A program made the translations under genes and the position numbers. The notes below the pieces were generated by a model. The model did no database searches. It was not told the origin of the DNA and saw only the letters and a program-made list of their open reading frames with translations. Below, piece after piece: positions 1 through 9,570 of a DNA stretch of 64,000 nucleotides (the first letter of the stretch is position 1; each line of letters starts with the position of its first letter). This DNA comes from Salinivirgaceae bacterium (GTDB lineage: Bacteria; Bacteroidota; Bacteroidia; Bacteroidales; SZUA-534): contig JBAYKX010000023.1 of the NCBI GenBank assembly GCA_041664345.1, positions 10,558 to 74,557 of the forward strand, in the 5' to 3' direction.

Positions 1-2055
1 AATTGGATTGGAATTAACGTTCAAGTGAACGGTGAAGAACTTGATTTAGCAAAAAACAAAATAGACGATTTTAGAAGGGTACTTAATATGCACGAAGGTT
101 ATCTTTCTAGATCCTTTCAGGCAACTATGAACAACGGCAATGAAATCCGCATAGATACCCGTCGTTTCTTGAGCATTGTTGACGATAATTTGGGAGCTAT
201 CCGCTATACCCTTATTGCTGATAATTTTACAGGCATAATTACACTTACTCCATACATTGATGCCGATGTAGTAAATGAAGATTCAAACTACGACGAAAAA
301 TTTTGGGAAGAGGTTTCTCAGGAATCGGTTGGTAATAGTGCAATGGTAATAGCCCGTACCAAAAAAACCGGATTTGTAGTGGCTACTGGAATGGTATTTG
401 AAATCTGGAAAAACGGCAAATTAATATCAGTTAACCCGATCAATACCATTAAAGAAAAGTATGCTGCTTGTCAAGTTACGATTGACATAGCTGAAGGTGA
501 TGAGTTGGTTATCTATAAGTTTGCCACCAATATTTCTTCGTTTAATCATCCTGAAAAAGAACTGGCTCCAGTTGCTAAAAACGAATTGACAAAAGCTCAA
601 AACAAGCATTTTAACCAACTTTTACTAGAGCAAAAAGAGGCATGGGTAGCCAAATGGGAACAAAGCGATATTACCATTGAAGGCGATGTATCTGCTCAGC
701 AAGCCATACGGTTCAATATTTTTCAATTAAACCAAACCTATACCGGCGAAGACGAAAGGCTAAACATTGGGCCAAAAGGCTTTACCGGCGAAAAATACGG
801 AGGCAGCACCTATTGGGATACCGAAGCGTATTGTTTGCCGTTTTATTTGGCAACAGCCGACAAGCACGTCGCCCGAAACTTATTACTTTACAGGTACAAA
901 CAGTTGGAAAAAGCCATTGAAAATGCCACCAAGTTGGGATTCAATCATGGGTCGGCACTTTTTCCGATGGTAACCATGAATGGCGAAGAATGTCATAACG
1001 AATGGGAAATTACCTTTGAGGAAATTCACCGGAACGGAGCCATTGCTTTTGCTGTTTATAATTACATTAACTACACTGGTGACAAGGGTTACTTGAACGA
1101 TTTTGGACTTGAACTTTTAATTGGAATAAGCAGGTTTTGGAGTCAGCGTATCACTTGGTCGGAGCGTTTGAATAAGTTTGTGATGTTGGGTGTTACCGGG
1201 CCCAATGAATACGAGAATAATGTGGATAATAACTGGTACACCAACAAACTGGCATGCTGGTGTATGGACTACACATGCGAAGCTATTGAAATGGTAAAGA
1301 ATAGCGACCCAACGAAATACACGACCATGTCGGCTAAAATTGGTTTTAACGAAATGGAAGAAACCAAATGTTGGAATGAAATATCTCAAAAAATGCATTT
1401 TCCTGAAAGTAAGGAGTTGGGTGTGTTTTTACAGCAAGATAATTACCTGAATAAGGAGCAGATTTTGGTAAAAGATTTAGACCCCAAACAACGACCGATT
1501 AATCAAAAATGGTCGTGGGACCGTATTCTCCGCTCATGCTTTATTAAACAAGCCGATACGTTGCAGGGAATTTATTTGTTCGAGGATAAATTCGATATAG
1601 ATACCATTGAAAGGAATTTTGAGTTTTACGAATCACGTACTTTGCATGAATCATCGCTTTCGCCTTGTGTGCACTCCATTTTGGCCGCTAAATTGAATAA
1701 AATGGAAAAAGCGTACGAATTATATTTGCGCACATCGAGGCTCGATTTAGATGATTATAATTGTGAAGTGGGCGAGGGATTGCATATTACCTCCATGGCT
1801 GGTACCTGGATGTCAGTAGTTCATGGGTTTGGTGGCTTTAGGGTTTTTAACGGAAAAATACATCTGAACCCAAGAACACCAAAAGATTGGGATAGTTTTT
1901 CATTTAAAATCAGGTTCCGTGGAAGCGTACTTAAAATAAATGCCTTTAAAGAAAGGGTGGAAGTTCAGAATTTTAGCGCGATTCAAGTTCCCTTGATTAT
2001 TTTTGGTAAAGAATACCTGATTGGTTCAAACGATAAAATTTTAATAAACAATTAA
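1..2055 (+). CDS. Glycoside hydrolase family 65 phosphorylase (maltose/kojibiose/trehalose phosphorylase-like), 5' end cut by the window edge
   Basis: Frame 1 is open from base 1 (NWIGINVQVNGEEL...), so the ATG at 25 is probably not the real start. The product carries GH65-type motifs (GEKYGGSTYWDTEAY, HITSMAGTWMSVVHGFGG). It lies directly upstream of two GH13 genes. Confidence 0.85.
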   Translation, partial: NWIGINVQVNGEELDLAKNKIDDFRRVLNMHEGYLSRSFQATMNNGNEIRIDTRRFLSIVDDNLGAIRYTLIADNFTGIITLTPYIDADVVNEDSNYDEKFWEEVSQESVGNSAMVIARTKKTGFVVATGMVFEIWKNGKLISVNPINTIKEKYAACQVTIDIAEGDELVIYKFATNISSFNHPEKELAPVAKNELTKAQNKHFNQLLLEQKEAWVAKWEQSDITIEGDVSAQQAIRFNIFQLNQTYTGEDERLNIGPKGFTGEKYGGSTYWDTEAYCLPFYLATADKHVARNLLLYRYKQLEKAIENATKLGFNHGSALFPMVTMNGEECHNEWEITFEEIHRNGAIAFAVYNYINYTGDKGYLNDFGLELLIGISRFWSQRITWSERLNKFVMLGVTGPNEYENNVDNNWYTNKLACWCMDYTCEAIEMVKNSDPTKYTTMSAKIGFNEMEETKCWNEISQKMHFPESKELGVFLQQDNYLNKEQILVKDLDPKQRPINQKWSWDRILRSCFIKQADTLQGIYLFEDKFDIDTIERNFEFYESRTLHESSLSPCVHSILAAKLNKMEKAYELYLRTSRLDLDDYNCEVGEGLHITSMAGTWMSVVHGFGGFRVFNGKIHLNPRTPKDWDSFSFKIRFRGSVLKINAFKERVEVQNFSAIQVPLIIFGKEYLIGSNDKILINN

Positions 2056-2071
2056 CTAAAAAAGTATTCCT

Positions 2072-3454
2072 ATGAAAGCTTTCTCTTACATTTTTCTAAT
2101 TTGGTTGAGTGCCTTGTTACTAGGTTCTTGTGCATCACCTGCCCCAAAGGCATCAACAGAACAAAATGTTGCCAAAAGCAGCAAAGTTTATACCCATGCC
2201 GATTGGGTAAAAAATGCTACTATTTACGAGGTAAATGTGCGCCAATACACTAAAGAAGGGACTTTTGCCGCTTTTGAAAAAGAAATGCCCCGTTTAAAAG
2301 AAATGGGTGTTGATATACTTTGGATTATGCCCATTCATCCCATAGGCGAAATTAACCGAAAGGGATCTTTAGGAAGTTATTATGCCGTAAAAGATTACCA
2401 AAAAGTAAATCCAGAATATGGAACCATCGACGATTTTAAACAATTAGTAGATGCTGCACATGAATTGGGAATGTATGTAATTATTGATTGGGTTGCCAAT
2501 CATACATCATGGGATAATTGGTTGATACAATCGCACCCCAATTGGTACACCCGCGATTCATTAGGAATAATAGTAGCTCCGGTAGCCGATTGGACCGATG
2601 TGGCTGACCTGAATTATGACGTGCCTGAGCTTAGGGAATATATGACACAGAGCTTGGAATTTTGGGTTAATGAAGCAAACATCGATGGCTATCGCTGCGA
2701 TGTGGCTGGTATGGTTCCTATTGATTTTTGGTCATCGGTACGAATTCGTTTGGACTCAATTAAACCAGTATTTATGCTGGCAGAATGGGAATCGAATGAA
2801 GCAATGTGCGCCTTTGATATGGTTTATGGTTGGGATTTTCACCATATTATGAATCAAATTGCCCAGGGAAAGAAAGAAGTTTCTGCTTTGGATGCATATT
2901 TTGCAAAAATTGATTCCTTGTACGATGCGGATGATTATTACATGTATTTCACATCGAACCACGATGAAAATTCATGGAGTGGAACCGAATTCGAACGGAT
3001 GGGATCAGCTGCGCAAACCATGGCTGTATTGGCGGCAACAGTACCCGGTATGCCACTTATTTATTCAGGTCAGGAAGCAAAATTGGAGAAGCGTCTTAGT
3101 TTTTTTGAAAAAGATATCATTGATTGGAAAAATTATGAATATCAGGATTTTTATAAAAAATTACTGACCTTGAAGCACGACCATAAAGCCCTTTGGAATG
3201 GGAACAGCGGAGGTTCTTTTGAACGGATTGCTACTAGCGACTCAAGTATTTACTCATTTAGCCGCAGTAAAGACGAGGATCAAGTAGTGGTGATTTTGAA
3301 TTTATCGGCAAATGAAAAAAACGTTTCCTTACAGAATGAAAAGATAAAAGGTAATTACACGTCATTATTTACTCAGGAGAATATAGCCCTAAGCAGCGAC
3401 AGAATTTTTAAATTGGAACCTTGGGGATATTTGGTTTTAACCAAGAATAATTAA
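2072..3454 (+). CDS. GH13 alpha-amylase family lipoprotein
   Basis: Signal peptide with lipobox (LLLGSC). All four GH13 conserved regions are present: VIIDWVANH, GYRCDVAGM, FMLAEWES, FTSNHDEN. Confidence 0.85.
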   Translation: MKAFSYIFLIWLSALLLGSCASPAPKASTEQNVAKSSKVYTHADWVKNATIYEVNVRQYTKEGTFAAFEKEMPRLKEMGVDILWIMPIHPIGEINRKGSLGSYYAVKDYQKVNPEYGTIDDFKQLVDAAHELGMYVIIDWVANHTSWDNWLIQSHPNWYTRDSLGIIVAPVADWTDVADLNYDVPELREYMTQSLEFWVNEANIDGYRCDVAGMVPIDFWSSVRIRLDSIKPVFMLAEWESNEAMCAFDMVYGWDFHHIMNQIAQGKKEVSALDAYFAKIDSLYDADDYYMYFTSNHDENSWSGTEFERMGSAAQTMAVLAATVPGMPLIYSGQEAKLEKRLSFFEKDIIDWKNYEYQDFYKKLLTLKHDHKALWNGNSGGSFERIATSDSSIYSFSRSKDEDQVVVILNLSANEKNVSLQNEKIKGNYTSLFTQENIALSSDRIFKLEPWGYLVLTKNN

Positions 3455-3494
3455 TTTCATTTATTGAGTTAGAATCGGCACTTAAAAAATCTTT

Positions 3495-5348
3495 ATGAAA
3501 CGAGTTACCTTTTATTTAGTTGTTTTTATTGCTTTTGCCTTTAATTTACAAGCAAAAATAACCTTGCAGCGTATTGAACCCATGAACTGGTGGGTTGGGA
3601 TGAATAACCCCAATTTGCAACTGCTGGTTTATGGCGAGAATATCTCTCTTACCCAACCCACGCTTAATTATCAAGGGGTGCAAGTGAAGGAAATCCATAA
3701 AGTGGAGAATCCCAATTATTTATTTATTGACCTCATGATTGGTGCCGAAACACAACCCGGAAAATTCACTATTGAATTTAAAGAAGGCAAAAAAAAGGTG
3801 GCTCAGTATGAATATGAATTAAAAGGCCGGAATACTAAGCCCAATATTCATAATGGTTTCAATGCTTCCGATGTTATTTATCTATTAATGCCCGACCGGT
3901 TTTCAAACGGTAATCCGGGAAACGATTCAACGATTAATACCCTTGAAAAAGCCAACCGGCAAAACCCCAATGGACGACATGGTGGAGATTTGCAAGGTGT
4001 AATCAATCATTTGGATTACATAACTGAAACCGGCTTTACTGCACTGTGGATGAATCCGTTTTTAGAGAATAATCAGGAAGAAACTACCTACCACGGATAT
4101 GCCATATCGGACTTCTATAAAGTGGATCCAAGGTATGGAACCAACGGGCAATTTGTTGAATTGGTTGATTTGGCTCACCAAAAACAGTTGAAAATCATCA
4201 TGGACATGATATTTAACCATTGTGGAAGTGGTCATTGGTTTATCAAAGATATGCCCATGAGCAACTGGATACATCAGCATAATTCCTATTTCCGTTCCAA
4301 TTTCAGGGCACCGGTAGTTTCTGATCCATATTCTTCAGAATACGATAAAAACCAAATGCTAACCGGCTGGTTCGATACCAATATGCCCGATTTGGATCAG
4401 CGCAATCCTTACTTGGCAACCTATCTAATTCAAAATACCATCTGGTGGATTGAATTTGCAGGGCTTGATGGCCTTCGTATTGATACACAACCGTATCCAT
4501 ACAAGGAATTTATAGCTGAGTGGGCAAAAGCAGTTATGGCACAATACCCAACGTTAAACATTGTGGGTGAAGCTTGGATTCAGCAAATACCCATTACAGC
4601 TTATTTCCAAGGAGGTGCTAAAAACAAAGATGGATACGATTCGCACATGAATAGTGTAACCGATTTCCCGATGCATGGAGCGTTAAACGAAGCATTCAAT
4701 GAACGTGAAGGATGGAGCGAAGGAATGGCCAAGCTGTACAATATACTTGCGCAAGATTTCACCTATTCCAATTCACAAAATCTGCTTGTTTTTGCCGATA
4801 ATCACGATTTAAACCGGTTTTATGAGTCGGTTGGCAAAGACCTGGACAAGTTTAAAATGGGGTTATCCTTTTTGTTGACTACGCGGGGCATTCCTCAGAT
4901 TTATTATGGAACCGAAATACTAATGGAGGGTAAAGAAAACCAGGGACACGGATTCATCCGAAAGGATTTTCCGGGTGGTTGGGCAGGTGATACCATCAAC
5001 GCTTTCACTCAAACAGGATTGACTGCCGAACAATTGGATGCTTACCAGTATGTTAAAAAATTATTGAATTGGCGTAAAAATAGTGAAACAATACATACTG
5101 GTAAATTGAAGCATTTTCTGCCCGATGATGGGGTTTATGTTACCTTCCGTTATACCGATAATCAGGCAGTGATGATTGTTTTAAACAATAGCGACACGAA
5201 CTCCAAAAGTTTAAAAACAGAACGGTTTAAGGAAATACTGAATGGATTTCATTCGGGTAAAGAAGTAATAACCGGAACAGTGTATGAAACCCTTGATTTG
5301 ATTGAAGTGCCGGCTAAATCGGCTTTAATTATAGAGCTTAGCAAATAG
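3495..5348 (+). CDS. GH13 cyclomaltodextrinase/neopullulanase-like enzyme (SusA-like), secreted
   Basis: Signal peptide. GH13 regions IIMDMIFNHCG, GLRIDTQPY, IVGEAW, FADNHDLNRF. The 617 aa length and N-terminal extra domain are typical of periplasmic neopullulanases in Bacteroidota starch loci. Confidence 0.8.
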   Translation: MKRVTFYLVVFIAFAFNLQAKITLQRIEPMNWWVGMNNPNLQLLVYGENISLTQPTLNYQGVQVKEIHKVENPNYLFIDLMIGAETQPGKFTIEFKEGKKKVAQYEYELKGRNTKPNIHNGFNASDVIYLLMPDRFSNGNPGNDSTINTLEKANRQNPNGRHGGDLQGVINHLDYITETGFTALWMNPFLENNQEETTYHGYAISDFYKVDPRYGTNGQFVELVDLAHQKQLKIIMDMIFNHCGSGHWFIKDMPMSNWIHQHNSYFRSNFRAPVVSDPYSSEYDKNQMLTGWFDTNMPDLDQRNPYLATYLIQNTIWWIEFAGLDGLRIDTQPYPYKEFIAEWAKAVMAQYPTLNIVGEAWIQQIPITAYFQGGAKNKDGYDSHMNSVTDFPMHGALNEAFNEREGWSEGMAKLYNILAQDFTYSNSQNLLVFADNHDLNRFYESVGKDLDKFKMGLSFLLTTRGIPQIYYGTEILMEGKENQGHGFIRKDFPGGWAGDTINAFTQTGLTAEQLDAYQYVKKLLNWRKNSETIHTGKLKHFLPDDGVYVTFRYTDNQAVMIVLNNSDTNSKSLKTERFKEILNGFHSGKEVITGTVYETLDLIEVPAKSALIIELSK

Positions 5349-5564
5349 TACTTCTTAGAAATTCCGGTGAAATCACTTTGTTATTCGCCATCGCACATGA
5401 AAACGCTTCGCTAAGTTCGTTAAGTTGCATCGCGTGGCTTGCAGTTTTCTATTTTACCAATATATGGCATTACAGAATAAACTTAATAATTTTTTAAGCC
5501 AAACGAGGGGACTCGTGCGGCAGCAATGGGTAGCGAGGGTTTTTTATAACTTTACAAACCGTAA

Positions 5565-5607
5565 TAAAAAAAAAGAGGTTACCATTTAAAGTAACCTCTT
5601 TTTTTTA
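5565..5607. terminator. Bidirectional rho-independent terminator
   Basis: A-run, 9-bp stem agaggttac / gtaacctct (5574-5582 and 5591-5599), then T-run. It lies 15 nt past the ArsR-family stop on the minus strand and is also downstream of the GH13 gene on the plus strand. Confidence 0.75.
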
Positions 5608-5621
5608 CAACAACTAACCAA

Positions 5622-5927
5622 CTAACATTGAAAAAAACTATTTAATAAAACTTGAACTTGCGAATAAGCTTGTTTATTTAGCGAATAAATAGTTTTTGGG
5701 GGCATATCCAATCCATGAATCAAACGTACTTTCCTTAATTCTTTTAAGTGCTGCGATACGGTAGATTGCGCCAAAGGCAATTGGCTAACCAGGTCATTGC
5801 AGGTGCAATCCTTCTTGAATAGAAGTTCTAGAATGGCAATTCGTGCAGGATGACCAATAGCTCGGGCTACTTTCGAAACCTCTAATTGTGAAATGGAATA
5901 ACTCGATAAGGAAGATGAAAAACCCAT
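5622..5927 (-). CDS. ArsR/SmtB family transcriptional regulator
   Basis: 101 aa. Winged-HTH signature HPARIAILELL ... STVSQHLKELRK. Confidence 0.75.
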   Translation of the reverse strand: MGFSSSLSSYSISQLEVSKVARAIGHPARIAILELLFKKDCTCNDLVSQLPLAQSTVSQHLKELRKVRLIHGLDMPPKTIYSLNKQAYSQVQVLLNSFFQC

Positions 5928-6071
5928 GATGCAATCATTTTAAGGTATTAATTGATTGCAATATTACGATAAACCAATTTTAAAGATTTTGTGAATGTAT
6001 ATTTGGTGCGAACATTTTCACAAATGGATGAAATGACTTCAAATGCGGTATAATTGCATTGCCTGACTGTG

Positions 6072-6827
6072 CTACTTTTTATGTTGTACCATGGTGGACA
6101 TAATTTCCAGAAATTGGTTCTTCTTCCTGCGGGAAAGGAAAGCAACAGAACCATCATCCATAATTATTTCATTCCCTAAGCGGTTAATTTTTTTTACATG
6201 AAGCAAGTTTATAAGGTGCGATTGGTGAGGCCGGTAAAAAGGATGATCTTCCAGTAAACTCTCAAATTCGCCCAAATTTTTTGAAACCACCAATTCTGTT
6301 TGATCCAAAAATTTTAACGTGGAATAACTTCCTTCGGCTAATATCTGCACAATGTCCGATATATTAACAAATTCAATACTTTCCGAAGTGGAAAGGGCAA
6401 TTTTGTCCGGCTTACTGTTTTTAACATTGTCGAGCAAAAGGTTTATTTTGTCTTCCACTTTTTGATTGGTATTTGAACGGTGGATTTTTGACACAGCGGT
6501 AACCAGTTCGTCAATATCAATAGGCTTTAAGATGTAATCTAAGGCTGAATATTTAAAGGCTTTTATGGCATATTGGTTGTAAGCAGTTACAAAAATTACG
6601 TTGAAGTTCCGGTTAGGAAGTCCTTCAAGTACATCGAAACCAGTTCCTCCGGGCATTTCAATATCCAAAAAAACAATATCCGGTTCAACGGTTGGAATTA
6701 GTTTAATAGCCTCATTAGCAGAGTTTGCGGTTCCACTAATAACAATATCGGAAAAATGCTCTTGAATAATTAATTTTATTGATTCAATGGCATCTTGCTC
6801 ATCATCAACAATAACTACTTTATACAT
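6072..6827 (-). CDS. LytR/AlgR-family response regulator (receiver + LytTR DNA-binding domain)
   Basis: Receiver motifs VVIVDDE and FLDIEMPG; C-terminal LytTR domain. No histidine kinase gene is adjacent. Confidence 0.85.
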   Translation of the reverse strand: MYKVVIVDDEQDAIESIKLIIQEHFSDIVISGTANSANEAIKLIPTVEPDIVFLDIEMPGGTGFDVLEGLPNRNFNVIFVTAYNQYAIKAFKYSALDYILKPIDIDELVTAVSKIHRSNTNQKVEDKINLLLDNVKNSKPDKIALSTSESIEFVNISDIVQILAEGSYSTLKFLDQTELVVSKNLGEFESLLEDHPFYRPHQSHLINLLHVKKINRLGNEIIMDDGSVAFLSRRKKNQFLEIMSTMVQHKK

Positions 6828-6917
6828 ATATTTACCCTAAAAAAACACCCCTTTGCAGAATCAAACCCTGCAATTCAAATATACATTTTATTCCAGAATA
6901 TCTTCTTTTTATTTTTT

Positions 6918-7091
6918 ACCTAAGTTGAGCGATTTGACCCCGAGTCCTCGGGGGAAAAAACGCTTTACTTAGGTATAACCCCGACCTAGAAATTGTTACA
7001 ACATACCAAACAAATGGACAGCATAAAGTAAATTACTTACAATTTCTTAGTCGATTGAGTGATTTGCCCTTCCAAATCGCTCAATTTGGGT
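6918..7091 (+). mobile_element. MITE-like element, family B, copy 1
   Basis: Aligns end to end with the reverse complement of 42975-43139. Imperfect 19-bp terminal inverted repeat acctaagttgagcgatttg / caaatcgctcaatttgggt. Has internal hairpins and no ORF. Overlaps the 3' end of rsmI. Confidence 0.7.
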
Positions 7092-7766
7092 CTTATTATT
7101 AAAACCTTCTACAACAAGAACAATTTCACCTTTTATGGTTTTTTGTGAAAAATGTTCAATGGCTTGCGAAAAAGTTCCCCGATAGTTTTCTTCGTGCAAT
7201 TTCGAAAGCTCCCGGCTTACACATACATTCCGCTCCTCTTTAAAAAAGTCTTTTAATTGCTGAAGTGTTTTAATAAGCCTATGGGGTGATTCATAAAACA
7301 CCATTGTTCTGGGTTCAAATACCAGCCCCTCAATTCTTTTTTGACGGCCTTTTTTCTGTGGCAAAAAACCTTCAAAAGTAAAACGGTCGTTGGGTAACCC
7401 GGAATTGACTATTGCTGGAATTAATGCTGTTGCTCCGGGCAGACATTCAACATCAATCTCCTTTTCGATGCAGTGTTTCACAATTAAATAGCCCGGGTCG
7501 GAAATGCCTGGTGTTCCGGCATCGCTGGTCAAAGCTACTGAATTGCTTGCAGCAATGCGTTGGATCAAATTTTCGAGCTGTTTGTGCTCGTTAAATTTAT
7601 GATAAGGAAATAATTTGCTTTGTATCTCAAAATGTTTCAATAAAAAGCCGGTGGTACGGGTATCTTCGGCAAGTATAAAATCAACCGAGCGCAGCACATT
7701 CAAAGCCCTGAGCGTTATATCTTCAAGATTACCGATGGGCGTGGGAACAATATAAAGTTTGGGCAT
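7047..7766 (-). CDS. rsmI: 16S rRNA (cytidine1402-2'-O)-methyltransferase RsmI
   Basis: N-terminal LYIVPTPIGNLEDITLRALNVLRSVDFILAEDTR is the RsmI/tetrapyrrole-methylase signature. The last 14 codons plus the stop (7047-7091) are encoded by the family B repeat. Confidence 0.85.
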   Translation of the reverse strand: MPKLYIVPTPIGNLEDITLRALNVLRSVDFILAEDTRTTGFLLKHFEIQSKLFPYHKFNEHKQLENLIQRIAASNSVALTSDAGTPGISDPGYLIVKHCIEKEIDVECLPGATALIPAIVNSGLPNDRFTFEGFLPQKKGRQKRIEGLVFEPRTMVFYESPHRLIKTLQQLKDFFKEERNVCVSRELSKLHEENYRGTFSQAIEHFSQKTIKGEIVLVVEGFNNKTQIERFGRANHSID

Positions 7767-7776
7767 ACGTAATCAA

Positions 7777-8808
7777 TTAATGGGCAAAACGGCGGAAAAC
7801 CAATTCCAGAAAACTTATGGTACTTTTTTGTTTTTGATCCCAAGTAAAGTTGGTGAACAAATAAGCTAACGCTTCGTCCAAATCGGACGACTGATTGAGT
7901 ACATCTATCGTTTTTTCGAATTGCATTTTATTTTTATTAAACAATTCATTGGTAAACCAAATGCGATCGTTGAGCTTTATGGCCGATTTTAAGTTTCGGA
8001 TAGGACTGTCTTTCAGCGCGGAAGCCAGATTTTTATTGTTTTTTATCCCTATTAACGTATCGTTTAATGAGGGAGTTAGCTTCTGAAACTTATCTGCAAC
8101 GATTCCCGATTTTTTATGAGAATCCTTTTCATCCGAGGCGGGTTCTTCCTTTTGGGGCAAATCAGATGGCATCGAGCCGTCAAGCTGCTTTTCCTCATTA
8201 TTGTGGGGTTCAGGAGTGGTTATTTCATTCAGCGATTCGCTAGAATAAGCGGCAACTTCCATTGAATCTTCGGGCAATATTAGTATGGGTTCTTCAGGAA
8301 CAATGGTTTCATGGAAGGTATCCGTTAAAACCGGTTCAGAATCAATTACTGGTGCAATTATTTCTTGTATTGGTTGAATTGAATTTGGTTCTATTTCAGC
8401 CAGTTCTATTTCGGGCTCTGTATTTTGAATTGTCGAATCTATTATATCTTTAACCGTATTAATTTCCACTAATTCAATTACTTCAGCAGTGGATTTTACA
8501 TCGTGATTTTTGGTTTCACGGTTATCGGATACTATTATTTTAGCAATTGCAGGACTCAATGGCAACTCGTCCAAATCGTTTGCAACAGGAATGGTAATGG
8601 AATCGTCATTTTTCTTTAAAAGCAACAATTGGCCATATATATCTTTTGTTTTCGATAGTGCCATATCCACCTCAAACGCAGGAATTTCGCCTTCTTTCGA
8701 AAACTCACTTACAATATCCGTTAGAATTGTTAATTCTTTGTTGATGATTTTTACCAGACTTTTCTTATTCATAACCCGGGATTGTTTTTTATTTGCAAAA
8801 GTAATCAT
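7777..8808 (-). CDS. Hypothetical protein with an acidic, low-complexity central region
   Basis: A long ORF filling the gap between rsmI and the divergent tdk. It has a Glu/Asp/Pro-rich middle section and a more ordered C-terminal ~100 aa. I recognise no family. Confidence 0.5.
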   Translation of the reverse strand: MITFANKKQSRVMNKKSLVKIINKELTILTDIVSEFSKEGEIPAFEVDMALSKTKDIYGQLLLLKKNDDSITIPVANDLDELPLSPAIAKIIVSDNRETKNHDVKSTAEVIELVEINTVKDIIDSTIQNTEPEIELAEIEPNSIQPIQEIIAPVIDSEPVLTDTFHETIVPEEPILILPEDSMEVAAYSSESLNEITTPEPHNNEEKQLDGSMPSDLPQKEEPASDEKDSHKKSGIVADKFQKLTPSLNDTLIGIKNNKNLASALKDSPIRNLKSAIKLNDRIWFTNELFNKNKMQFEKTIDVLNQSSDLDEALAYLFTNFTWDQKQKSTISFLELVFRRFAH

Positions 8809-8908
8809 TGTATTAAACGTGCCTAAAAATAATTTAAGTATAATTGTGAATACTTTCTTACTGACACTAAATACTGTATTTCAAACACAATAAGGCAAAA
8901 ATATAACC

Positions 8909-9484
8909 ATGTTTCTTGAAAAGAACAACAAAATAGTAAAAAAAGGATGGATTGAAGTAGTTTGCGGTTCTATGTTTTCAGGTAAAACCGAGGAGCTGAT
9001 TCGCCGTATGAAGCGGGCAAAAATTGCTAAACAGAAAGTGGAGATTTTTAAACCTAAAATTGATACCCGCTATTCCGAAGTTCAAGTAGTTTCGCACGAC
9101 GAAAATGCGATAATGTCAACGCCGGTTGATAGCCCACGAACTATTTTACTTTTAGCAACCGATGTTGAAGTGGTAGGGATTGATGAAGCCCAATTTTTTG
9201 ATGATGGATTGGTTGAGGTTTGTAATGAGTTGGCAAACCGTGGCATTCGGGTAATTGTAGCCGGATTGGATATGGATTTCAGAGGGAATCCTTTTGGACC
9301 CATTCCAAAATTAATGGCCACAGCCGAATATGTTACCAAGGTTCATGCTATTTGTGTAAAATGTGGCGATTTGGCGCACCATTCGCACCGGTTATCGGAA
9401 AACGACAAGCTTGTGGTGTTAGGAGAATTAGATATTTACGAGCCTATATGCCGCGATTGTTTTCAAAAAGCTATTGGAAAATAG
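8909..9484 (+). CDS. tdk: Thymidine kinase
   Basis: P-loop [21 protein letters not shown], and C-terminal Cys pairs (CVKCG ... CRDC). The 191 aa length fits. Confidence 0.9.
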   Translation: MFLEKNNKIVKKGWIEVVCGSMFSGKTEELIRRMKRAKIAKQKVEIFKPKIDTRYSEVQVVSHDENAIMSTPVDSPRTILLLATDVEVVGIDEAQFFDDGLVEVCNELANRGIRVIVAGLDMDFRGNPFGPIPKLMATAEYVTKVHAICVKCGDLAHHSHRLSENDKLVVLGELDIYEPICRDCFQKAIGK

Positions 9485-9570
9485 TTTCAGAAATCACATT
9501 TTAGGTTCCTAAATGCTGTAATACATCCCCGTTTTTAGTATATTCACCATTCAATTTAATAGGTTGTTGC

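Noticed and set aside
5349-5564. Possible small RNA or riboswitch in the 270-nt gap after the GH13 gene
   Set aside because: I found no conserved boxes of the RNA families I know and no convincing extended structure apart from the terminator at 5565-5607. The evidence is too weak to call.
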